Shown piece by piece: positions 56,207 to 64,000 of a DNA stretch of 64,000 nt (positions within the stretch are counted from its first letter, which is position 1; each line of letters starts with the position of its first letter). The notes under the pieces are model-generated. The model was not told the DNA's origin, searched no databases, and worked only from the letters and a program-made list of their open reading frames with translations. The DNA is taken from assembly GCA_965223505.1 (NCBI GenBank), contig CBDCWP010000013.1, positions 203,261-267,260 of the forward strand, written 5' to 3'. The position numbers and the translations under genes are program-made. The DNA comes from Planctomycetota bacterium. GTDB lineage: Bacteria > Planctomycetota > PLA2 > JAEUHO01.

Positions 56207-58483
56207 ATGGGACCGTATATTGGACAGTCGATCAAGCGCTTTGAAGATCCGCGTTTACTGCTCGGCGAGGGGCGCTTCGTCGATGATATGCAACTGCCGG
56301 ACATGCTGTACGCCGTGGCGCTGCGCAGTCCCCACGCCCATGCGCGCCTCGTCTCCGTCGACGCGGAGGCGGCGCGGCGTCTGCCCGGCGTCATCACGGT
56401 GCTGACGGCGCGCGACTTGGCCGGCAAGGCGCGGCCCATTCCCCGCCGCGTCGTGGAAGACCTCAGCGGCGTCGATCTGCCGGAGCATTCGGTGTTGGCC
56501 GAAGCGCGCGTCTGCTATGTCGGTCAGCCGGTGGCCATGGTCGTGGCCGAAAGCCGCGCGTTAGCCGAAGACGCCGCCGAGCAGATCGAGGTGACGTACG
56601 AAGCGTTGGCGCCGGTGGTCGATTTGCGCGCGGCGAGTAAAGACGGCGCGACGCTGACGCACGATGAAACGGGAACGAACGTCGGCCTCAAGCTGCGTCT
56701 GGGGCGCGGCGATGTCGACGCCGCTTTCGCCGCCGCCGACCACATCGTGCAGCAGCGCTATGAAGTGCCGCGGCTATCGGCCGCGCCGATGGAAGGGCGC
56801 GGGCTGATCGCTCAATACGAGGCGGCGGAGCAACGGCTGACGCTTTGGACCTCGACGCAAGTTGCGTTCAAAGTCAAACGCTTTTTGCAGCAAACCCTGA
56901 TCGAGACGCCGCGCGAGGTGCGCGTCATCACCCCGGATGTGGGAGGCGGCTTTGGCCAAAAAGTCGAGCTTTGGCCTGAAGAAGTGGCGTGCAGTCACCT
57001 AGCCATGGCGTTGCAGCGGCCTATTAAGTGGATCGAGACGCGGCGCGAGAATTTGCTCGCCTACCACGGCCGCGGTTACTGCGGCGATGTTGAAGCCGCG
57101 GTCACCAACGATGGGCGCATTCTCGCCATGCGCTGCCGCATTCTCGCCGATCTCGGCGCCTATTCACTCAACGCCACGCCCGGCCCTCCGGTGAACGCGG
57201 CCAAGCGCGTCGCCGGCCCCTACGACATCGCGGCGATGGATGTCGAGTGCGTGGGCATCATGACGCACAAACCCCCGACCGGCCCCTACCGCGGCGCGGG
57301 CGGCCCGGAGGGCGCCTTTTTTATGGAGCGCACCATCGACCTCATCGCCCGCGATCTCGGCCTTGATGCGGCCGAGGTGCGCCGCCGCAATTTCATAGCC
57401 GCGCACGCCTTTCCCTACACCACCGGCACCGGGCTCACCTACGACTCCGGGCAGTTTGAAGCGGTGTTTGCGCGCGCCTTAGAGCTGGCTGACTACGACG
57501 AGATGCGGCGACGTCAAGGCCAGCGGCGTGAGGGCGAGCCGCGCCTTGGCATCGGCATCGCCACTGTGGTGAAAGCCTCGGGCGGCCAGGGCGAGATGCT
57601 CAACAGCAACGCCCGCGTGCGGGTTGAGCCTACAGGCGAGGTGACGGTGTACACTGAAGTGTCGCCGCACGGCCAGGGCACGGAGACGACGTTCGCCCAG
57701 ATCACGGCCGACGCGTTGGGCGTCGAGCCCGAACGGGTGCGAGTGCGGCACGGCGACACCGACATGCTCCCCTGGGGGCAGGGCACCTTCGCCAGCCGCG
57801 GCTTATCCGTCGGGGGCTCGGCCATGTACGAGGCCCTGCAGCAGGTGCGCGAAAATTTGTCGCACGTGGCCGCCGAGCATCTCGACTGCGCCCCGCAAAA
57901 CATTGACTTTCGCGACGGCCAACTGGTGAATCGCATCGATCCGGCCCAAAGCATGGCGTTTGACGCCGCTGCGGCCGCGTCGTCGAGCGGTCTGGAATGC
58001 CAGATCGAATACGGTTTGCCCAACAATCCCTTTGGCTTTGCGGCGCATGTGGTGGTGGTGGAAATCGACCCGGAGACCGGGGCCCTGCGCTTTTTGCGTT
58101 ACGCCGCGGTGCACGACAGCGGCCGCATCATCAATCCGAAATTGTTCGAGGGGCAGGTCTATGGGGCCATTGCCCAAGGCTTGGGACAGGCTCTAGGCGA
58201 GGGAATGTTCTACAGCGACGACGGGCAGCCGCTCACCGGCAGCTTTCTCGACTACGTCATGCCGCGCGCCGCCACCCTATTGCCGCTGCGCGCCGAGGCC
58301 ATGGAGACGCCATCACCCACCAATGCGCTCGGCCTCAAAGGCGTTGGCGAATTGCCCACGGTGGCCTGTCCGGTGGCGGTGGTCAACGCCGTGCTCGACG
58401 CCTTGAGCGATACGCCGGCGCGCCATCTCGACGCGCCAGTAACGCAGGAGAAGATCTGGCGCGCTATGCAACAGAGCGCGTGA
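56207..58483 (+). CDS. Xanthine dehydrogenase family molybdopterin-binding subunit (CoxL form II-like)
   Basis: RFEDPRLL.G.G.FVDD, DVGGGFGQK, PYRGAGGPE, HGQGTET, KGVGE. Confidence 0.92.
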   Translation: MGPYIGQSIKRFEDPRLLLGEGRFVDDMQLPDMLYAVALRSPHAHARLVSVDAEAARRLPGVITVLTARDLAGKARPIPRRVVEDLSGVDLPEHSVLAEARVCYVGQPVAMVVAESRALAEDAAEQIEVTYEALAPVVDLRAASKDGATLTHDETGTNVGLKLRLGRGDVDAAFAAADHIVQQRYEVPRLSAAPMEGRGLIAQYEAAEQRLTLWTSTQVAFKVKRFLQQTLIETPREVRVITPDVGGGFGQKVELWPEEVACSHLAMALQRPIKWIETRRENLLAYHGRGYCGDVEAAVTNDGRILAMRCRILADLGAYSLNATPGPPVNAAKRVAGPYDIAAMDVECVGIMTHKPPTGPYRGAGGPEGAFFMERTIDLIARDLGLDAAEVRRRNFIAAHAFPYTTGTGLTYDSGQFEAVFARALELADYDEMRRRQGQRREGEPRLGIGIATVVKASGGQGEMLNSNARVRVEPTGEVTVYTEVSPHGQGTETTFAQITADALGVEPERVRVRHGDTDMLPWGQGTFASRGLSVGGSAMYEALQQVRENLSHVAAEHLDCAPQNIDFRDGQLVNRIDPAQSMAFDAAAAASSSGLECQIEYGLPNNPFGFAAHVVVVEIDPETGALRFLRYAAVHDSGRIINPKLFEGQVYGAIAQGLGQALGEGMFYSDDGQPLTGSFLDYVMPRAATLLPLRAEAMETPSPTNALGLKGVGELPTVACPVAVVNAVLDALSDTPARHLDAPVTQEKIWRAMQQSA

Positions 58484-58484
58484 T

Positions 58485-59273
58485 TCAGTTGCCGTAACGG
58501 CGCTGCCGGCCTTGGTACATGCGCAGGGTGCGTAGAAAGTCGCGCTTGCGAAAGGCGGGCCAGTGCACATCGATGAAGCAGAGTTCGGCATAGGCCAGTT
58601 GCCACAGGAGAAAGTTCGACACCCGCTCCTCGCCCGAGGTGCGGATGACGAGATCCGGATCCGGGGTGCCGTTGGTGTAGAGATACTGGGAGACAAGTTC
58701 CTCGGAGATGTCTTCGAGGCTAATTTTGCCGCTCTCATGGTCCGTTAAAATGCCCTTGATGGCGTCCACCAATTCCTGCCGACCGCCATAGGCCAGGCAC
58801 ACGGTGAAGACCAAATCATCGTAGTCCTTGGTGGCGGTCTGCGCCTGCTCGATGGCCTGGATGACCCTGGGCGGCAGCAGGTAGAGCTGTCCCATGGCCT
58901 TGCAGCGCACGCGGTCGCGATGGATTTCATGGTCATCAGCCAGTTCGAGAAAGCCGGTTTCGTAAAGGCTGTATAGGGTGTCGAGTTCGTCGGGCGAGCG
59001 GCTGGTGAGGTTCTCCGTCGAGAGCGCATAGACTGTCAGGTACTTGATGCCGCTATCTCGACACCATCGCATGACCTCGCGCACTTTCTCCTTGCCCATG
59101 CGGTGCCCCTCTTGGCGCGCCAGGCCGCCGGCCAGGGCGAAGCGGCGATTGCCATCCATAATGATGGCAATATGGGTGGGGAGCGGTCCTCGCTTGAGCT
59201 TGTTGATCAGATAACGATCGTAGACGAGGCCGAAGCCGGCCTCAAAGCGGCGATTGGACGACTCGTTCGTCAA
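58485..59273 (-). CDS. uppS: cis-prenyltransferase (undecaprenyl-diphosphate synthase family)
   Basis: HIAIIMDGNRRFA, YALSTEN, AYGGRQE, IRTSGEERVSNFLLWQ, RRYG. Confidence 0.92.
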   Translation of the reverse strand: MTNESSNRRFEAGFGLVYDRYLINKLKRGPLPTHIAIIMDGNRRFALAGGLARQEGHRMGKEKVREVMRWCRDSGIKYLTVYALSTENLTSRSPDELDTLYSLYETGFLELADDHEIHRDRVRCKAMGQLYLLPPRVIQAIEQAQTATKDYDDLVFTVCLAYGGRQELVDAIKGILTDHESGKISLEDISEELVSQYLYTNGTPDPDLVIRTSGEERVSNFLLWQLAYAELCFIDVHWPAFRKRDFLRTLRMYQGRQRRYGN

Positions 59274-59452
59274 ATCTAACTCTCCTCAGACCCGCTCTGT
59301 GGCGCGGCATTCACCATCGTCCCTAACGGGCGGCGGGCGCGCGATGCGGCGCAGAGCGACTTGACAACTCGGACGTACACCTTAATAAGATAAATAAACG
59401 CCGGGATTTAGGCAAGCAAAACCGCTCCTGAGCGTCGTCCAGACGCCTGCGG

Positions 59453-60637
59453 TTAGCCTTCGTACGACACCTGCGCCCGCTCAAACGCAGCGCTGAGCGG
59501 CTCGGCCATCGCCTCGACGTCAGCGCAGACGGCGTAACGCACATAGCCGGGAAAGTGCACCCCGACCACGCCGGTTTCGCGGATCATCAGCAAGTTAAAA
59601 TCGGCGGCGCTCTCCAGCCGCTGCCCAAAGGCGTAGCGCGGCGCGCGCCACAGGGTGAAAAAGCCGGCGCGCGGCTCGATCGCCAATTGCATGCCGCAGC
59701 GGCGCATCAGGCCGATCAACACCCCGAGGCGGCGGCGGTACGTCTCGCGGCGCTGCGCAATGCCGTCGCGATCGGTTTCGAGGGCGGCGATGACGCCAAC
59801 CGCCATGGGGGCGACAAAACCGGCATCGGTTTTACCCTTCACCTCGCCGACATCGGCGATGAAATCGGGCGATCCGACCATGGCACCGACATGCCAGCCG
59901 GTGCCATTAGCGATGAGCTTGGCGGCGGTGAACGCCTCGGCCCAAGACAGATCGGGAAAGTCGCCCGCCACCTCGCTCAGGGTGACGCTCTCGTGGGTGT
60001 AACTTAGAATGCAGTAGGCGGCGTCGTTGAACAGGCGAATGTCGTGCGTTTGACAATAGGCGCAGAGCTGCCGCAGCCAGTCCCGCGTGGCGATCTGCCC
60101 CGAGGGGTTGTGGGGATAGTTGAGCATGGCTAAGTCAGTACTTGGGTCGAGCGCCGCCGCCGGAAAGCGAAAGTCGTTGTCCGCTGAGGTGGGCAATGCC
60201 TGGTGGCGCACATAAGGATGATAGGCGCACCAATCCGCGGGAATCGGGTAGCCCGGCGCCGTCATGGTGGCCACCGCGACCTGGCGCTGGGCGCAGCCGC
60301 AGGCCAGGGGCAGGAGCCCCAGCATGGGCTTAATGCCGGGGATGGGCAGATAGGCGACGTCCTGACCCTCGAGTGCGCCGGGGACATGCGCCCGCACAAA
60401 GCGCTCGGCAAAGCCCGGCGCGCCCGGACTGCCATTGTACTGGTAGGCGTGCATGGCCTCGGCGTCGCTCATCACGGCGCTTTGCGCCGCTTGCCGCGCG
60501 CTCAACAACGCCGGGCCTCTCGGCTCGCCGATGGAGAGGTCGAGGAGCGCGACGCCAGCCGCCTCCGCCTCGGCGCGCACGGCGCGAATGGTCTGGAAAA
60601 TATTGGCTCCTCCGGCCGGCAGTCTCGACTGTCGCAT
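59453..60637 (-). CDS. PLP-dependent aminotransferase class I/II (LL-DAP aminotransferase-like)
   Basis: DLSIGEP, PGYP, LNYPHNPSG, NDAAY, TAAK. Confidence 0.88.
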   Translation of the reverse strand: MRQSRLPAGGANIFQTIRAVRAEAEAAGVALLDLSIGEPRGPALLSARQAAQSAVMSDAEAMHAYQYNGSPGAPGFAERFVRAHVPGALEGQDVAYLPIPGIKPMLGLLPLACGCAQRQVAVATMTAPGYPIPADWCAYHPYVRHQALPTSADNDFRFPAAALDPSTDLAMLNYPHNPSGQIATRDWLRQLCAYCQTHDIRLFNDAAYCILSYTHESVTLSEVAGDFPDLSWAEAFTAAKLIANGTGWHVGAMVGSPDFIADVGEVKGKTDAGFVAPMAVGVIAALETDRDGIAQRRETYRRRLGVLIGLMRRCGMQLAIEPRAGFFTLWRAPRYAFGQRLESAADFNLLMIRETGVVGVHFPGYVRYAVCADVEAMAEPLSAAFERAQVSYEG

Positions 60638-60887
60638 AGCGCTCGCCTCCCGAGGTGTTGCGGGGTGTTCGAAACCCTCTCGCATCAGGCGCGCATCTGG
60701 CGCGCATCAGGGCAATTCAACAGCCGGTTTTAAGTGTACCTGAGATCGCCAGCAATTTGGGAAAAGAGTTGGCGCGCCGGCCGGGGCCGCCACGCCAGAG
60801 TGCAATGACCTATTGATCTCATGGCGCTTTGCGCGTACAATGGCCGGGAGAGCAATCAGATTATCTACCATGATTAGGAGAAAGATT

Positions 60888-61388
60888 ATGGCCCACACGC
60901 TCGAATCGTTTTCCGCCGAGTGTCATCGCCTGCTCAAGGCCGAGCCCGGTCCCGCGGGACGCAACAAAGTTTGCGAACTGCTGCAAGATGTGCTCAAAGA
61001 TGAAACCTTCGTGGCCACGCATCTGAGCGATGACTGCCCCGATCGCAATATTCTCTACGAAGATCCCGAACTCGGCTTCTGCATCCTGGCGCACCACAAT
61101 CCCGGCGCCAAACAGAGCCCGCCGCACGATCATGGCCCCACCTGGGCCATCTACGGCCAGGCCGCCGGCGAGACGGAAATGACGGATTGGGAAATGGTTG
61201 AGCCCGCTGGCGAAGGCAAGGTCGGCAAGGTGCGCCCGGCCAAGGTCTACACCCTGAAACCTGGCGACGCTTACGTCTACAATGAAGGCGACCTGCACTC
61301 CCCGCGCCGCGAATCGACGACGAAGTTGATCCGCTTTGAAGGCGTCAACGTCGAAACGATCCAGCGCTACCGCTACGAAGCGATCTAA
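60888..61388 (+). CDS. Cupin, cysteine-dioxygenase-like
   Basis: SPPHDHGPTWAIYG, LKPGDA, DLHS. Confidence 0.8.
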   Translation: MAHTLESFSAECHRLLKAEPGPAGRNKVCELLQDVLKDETFVATHLSDDCPDRNILYEDPELGFCILAHHNPGAKQSPPHDHGPTWAIYGQAAGETEMTDWEMVEPAGEGKVGKVRPAKVYTLKPGDAYVYNEGDLHSPRRESTTKLIRFEGVNVETIQRYRYEAI

Positions 61389-61401
61389 GCGCCCGCCTCT
61401 C

Positions 61402-61430
61402 GGCATGGGGACTCCTAGAATCCCCATGCC
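61402..61430. terminator. Hairpin between convergent genes
   Basis: GGCATGGGGA-9 nt-TCCCCATGCC. Confidence 0.55.
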
Positions 61431-61492
61431 TGGGTCAGCGCCTAGCGCTCGTCTGACGTCAGGCGCGTCAGACCTTGTTGCGTAAGCATCGA

Positions 61493-62127
61493 TTAATGCA
61501 TGATGCATACGTCATCGATGAAGGTCTGGCTCGCTCCGCCCAACAGGAAGCCTTGGATGCCTTTCCCTGGCAGGGCCTGCAGCGTTAACGTGCCGCGGAC
61601 CCAGTAAGAACCATTGCCGCCCGCATTGGCGCTCGCCGAAATCCGCACCTTACCCCCATTTTGGCTGTCTCCCAAGATCTTGCCGTCAAGCTGTCCCAGA
61701 GCGCCGTCCCAAACCCGGCTTTGGCCGTTGACGCCAAAGTTAAGATGATGGCGACCGTTCTGACCAAGGTTTTCAGCGTACTTCAGCGTGACCTTCCTAA
61801 CCTTCTCTAGGGGAACGACATGGGTGACGATCGAAGTCAACTTCAATGATGGCGCCCGCCCCCTTGCGGCAGGTTGGAATTGACAATCTCGGCGGCTTGC
61901 ACCTTAGACTGAGACGGGCCATTGGTGGTGTGAAATTGCCGCAAATGAATAGTCGAGTGCCGGGCGTTCACTGTCTGTCCAAGTTTGTAGATGGTGCCCA
62001 CGGCCGGGCCGCTGAAATTATAACACTTCGTTCCTGCCCAGGCGGTCCCGCCGAGGGCCACGATGGCTCCTAGCAGACCTGAGACGCAACCGCGAGTGAT
62101 GCTTCGTTTCCAATTGCTTGTTGTCAT
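61493..62127 (-). pseudogene. Secreted beta-rich hypothetical protein with one -1 frameshift
   Basis: Signal peptide ending TAWA; one G missing at ~61856 joins ORFs 61843-62235 and 61493-61846; Cys near both termini of the mature chain. Confidence 0.65.
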
Positions 62128-62322
62128 GTCATTCTCCCTAAGTTCTTTCATATTCCTGTCCTGTGTTAGTGGCATGTCAAGAGCCGGACAGGTCGACACT
62201 CCTGACAATCTTTTGGGACCCACTTCGCCATGCATGTCTGGCGCAGGAACATCCTGATGAGTCCCTCATGTTCAAGCGTCTTGGCGTGCGCGTCTTGGCG
62301 CCAACCTGGTTGCGCAGCGCCG

Positions 62323-63562
62323 CTATGGACAACTCGCCGCAGGCTTGATCGTGATCTGGCCCAATAGAGGCGTCCAGTCCGAGATGACCTCGCCGGTGAC
62401 TTGGTTGGTGGCGTCGATATGCACGATGAGTTCATAGGTGGCGTCGTAAGCCACAGCGGCCGGGACTGTATAGATGCGCCCCTGCTGCGTCGATCCGGAC
62501 ATGCTCACGGATGTTGAGCGAATCTCGCTCGACGGGATGTCCACTGCCGGGCTGTAACGGGCGTCAAGCGACCACCATAGCGTCATGTTGACGTCGACAA
62601 AGTTCGTGCCGTAGTTGGCGAGGGCGACGCGAGTGAGCACGATATCACCCGGACAAACCTCGGTCGACGCAGGCGCGCCAGCGTCAACGCCGCACAGGTC
62701 GTCAAATCGGCTCCCCCAGTTCGGGCCAGCGCTCGGGGCGCAGAGAAACTTCTGCTTGGCCTCCCGGCCCTTGTCGACCGTGTCGTCGGGGTCAAACCAC
62801 GTATTCAACACCGCCACGTCATGCCGTTCGCCTGATCCGGGATAGAGCGCCCGCAAGCCCTCGACGTCGTCAGGTAGCGGCATGAATTGATCGCCTGGGC
62901 CGCGGTTGGCCCACGGTCGATCCGTCGCATTGAGCATGGAGTACGAATCGTTCGTGTGCCTGAGGCCGAAGGCATGCAAGAGTTCGTGCGTGTAGGTAAG
63001 CCGCCAGTAACGGGCTCCGTCGACCTCTTGCCCGGCGGCCCACCGGTCTTCCCCCTCGTCCTCGGGCTCCCTCCAGACCCAGGCGTAGACGTCTGGATGC
63101 TTACCGCGATGTGCGCTTCGCGCATCGCGCAGGTGGCCAGATTCTTACGGGGTTTTGCGCCAGCCGGATAGGAGAGCGACTTGTCGAACCCAACGTGAAT
63201 GGTATTTTCCCGGCCGTACCAGACGCCGAATGTGAACGGCTCGTCAGTCCGTTTGAACGAAGCGATCGACAGGCTGGAGCCGCCGATCTGTTCAAACTGG
63301 TCATGCACGTCCGCCATCGCCACGAGCAAGGCGAGCGTTCGGTGGCGTCGAGACTCTCGATCTCGGACATATGGAGCACAATTGTAGGCGGTTCAGTATA
63401 AACGAAACCGTTGGGACACGACACTGAGGTCATGAGATTGTAGGCCCAGGCCGTTGAGGAAAGATTGAAAGATGCTGCCGACATACAGAGTGAAATGAAC
63501 AAAATCGTTAAACGAGATGCGGGACATACTGACGTCATGACAAAGCGCGATTTCTGCAACAT
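62323..63562 (-). pseudogene. Secreted metzincin (matrixin-like) zinc metalloprotease with two -1 frameshifts
   Basis: Signal peptide ending TAWA; HELLHAFGLRH plus Met-turn SML; an A missing at ~63339 and ~63101 splits it over three frames. Confidence 0.8.
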
Positions 63563-63724
63563 AACTCTTCCTTCTGCGTTTATGTTCAATCTGATGTTTT
63601 TCATACTTAAAAGTGTTCGCTTACCAGAGAAAATGTCCCAATTTGTGATGCAGATCACATCCCTTTGAGCGTCACAACAAAGCGAAACCGCAGGTGCGGA
63701 GGCGGCTGGCTCTCTTGATGGAGC

Positions 63725-64000
63725 CTAGGGGCGCGACTCCAACGTCGTGATACGCGTCTTGAGGCGTCGACAGGCGCGAGAAACGCGGGTGCGAACCGTA
63801 CTCACTGGGTCCCCGGTCGCAGCGGCGATCTCCTGGTAGGATGAGCCCTGGAACAAGAGCGACATTGTCGTTCGCTCACCATGCGGCAGGGCATTCAGCT
63901 CGCGCGCCAGGACGGCGCGATCTCCTGGCGCAGAAACGCCATTTCGGGGGTCTCGCCATCGGGCGGCGCATCGGCGTCTTGGGTCATCGAGACGGGAGAG
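63725..64000 (-). CDS. ECF sigma factor, region 4 (5' part outside the window; one -1 frameshift)
   Basis: TPE..FLRQ / DRAVLARELNALPHGERTTMSLLFQGSSYQEIAAATGDPVSTVRTRVSRA; not in the ORF track. Confidence 0.8.
   Translation of the reverse strand, partial: LSRLDDPRRRCAARWRDPRNGVSAPGDRAVLARELNALPHGERTTMSLLFQGSSYQEIAAATGDPVSTVRTRVSRACRRLKTRITTLESRP

Noticed and set aside
56207..58483. Form I aerobic CO dehydrogenase
   Set aside because: Lacks the AYxCSFR motif and cox accessory genes.
1..64000. CRISPR array, tRNA, rRNA, intact IS/integrase or reverse transcriptase
   Set aside because: No regularly spaced repeats, RNA gene signatures or such protein motifs found by eye; short ncRNAs cannot be excluded without covariance-model search.

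Overview
A 64-kb GC-rich bacterial chromosome segment with no recognisable rRNA, tRNA, CRISPR array or intact transposase. The many catabolic oxidoreductases and hydrolases plus many toxin-antitoxin (TA) pairs recall Tectomicrobia ('Ca. Entotheonella'), but this is inference only. Housekeeping genes (glyQS, pth, uppS-like, srkA, pepC, ldtD-like) alternate with catabolic genes and at least seven small TA-like inserts. Main observations: (1) a stand-alone ADP-ribosyltransferase-like toxin coupled to a small protein resembling EF-Tu domain III, a possible target-mimic antitoxin (12996-13603). (2) A four-gene operon behind a sigma54-type promoter: a NirB-like FAD/[2Fe-2S] protein fused to a probable di-heme b membrane domain, an ~11-heme cytochrome c, a Tll0287-like monoheme lipoprotein and a globin; this looks like an uncharacterised cytoplasm-to-periplasm electron conduit (21764-26449). 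(3) phnA divergent from a Ugp-like ABC importer, with four Pho-box-like units at exact 11-bp spacing between them. (4) An alternative sigma70 / TIGR01777 / pirin locus with CarH/LitR-like operator motifs. (5) A decayed putA fused to a truncated PIN toxin. Nine single-base indels in short base runs break otherwise intact genes and are probably sequencing errors. All family calls come from motif recognition by eye, not database searches.
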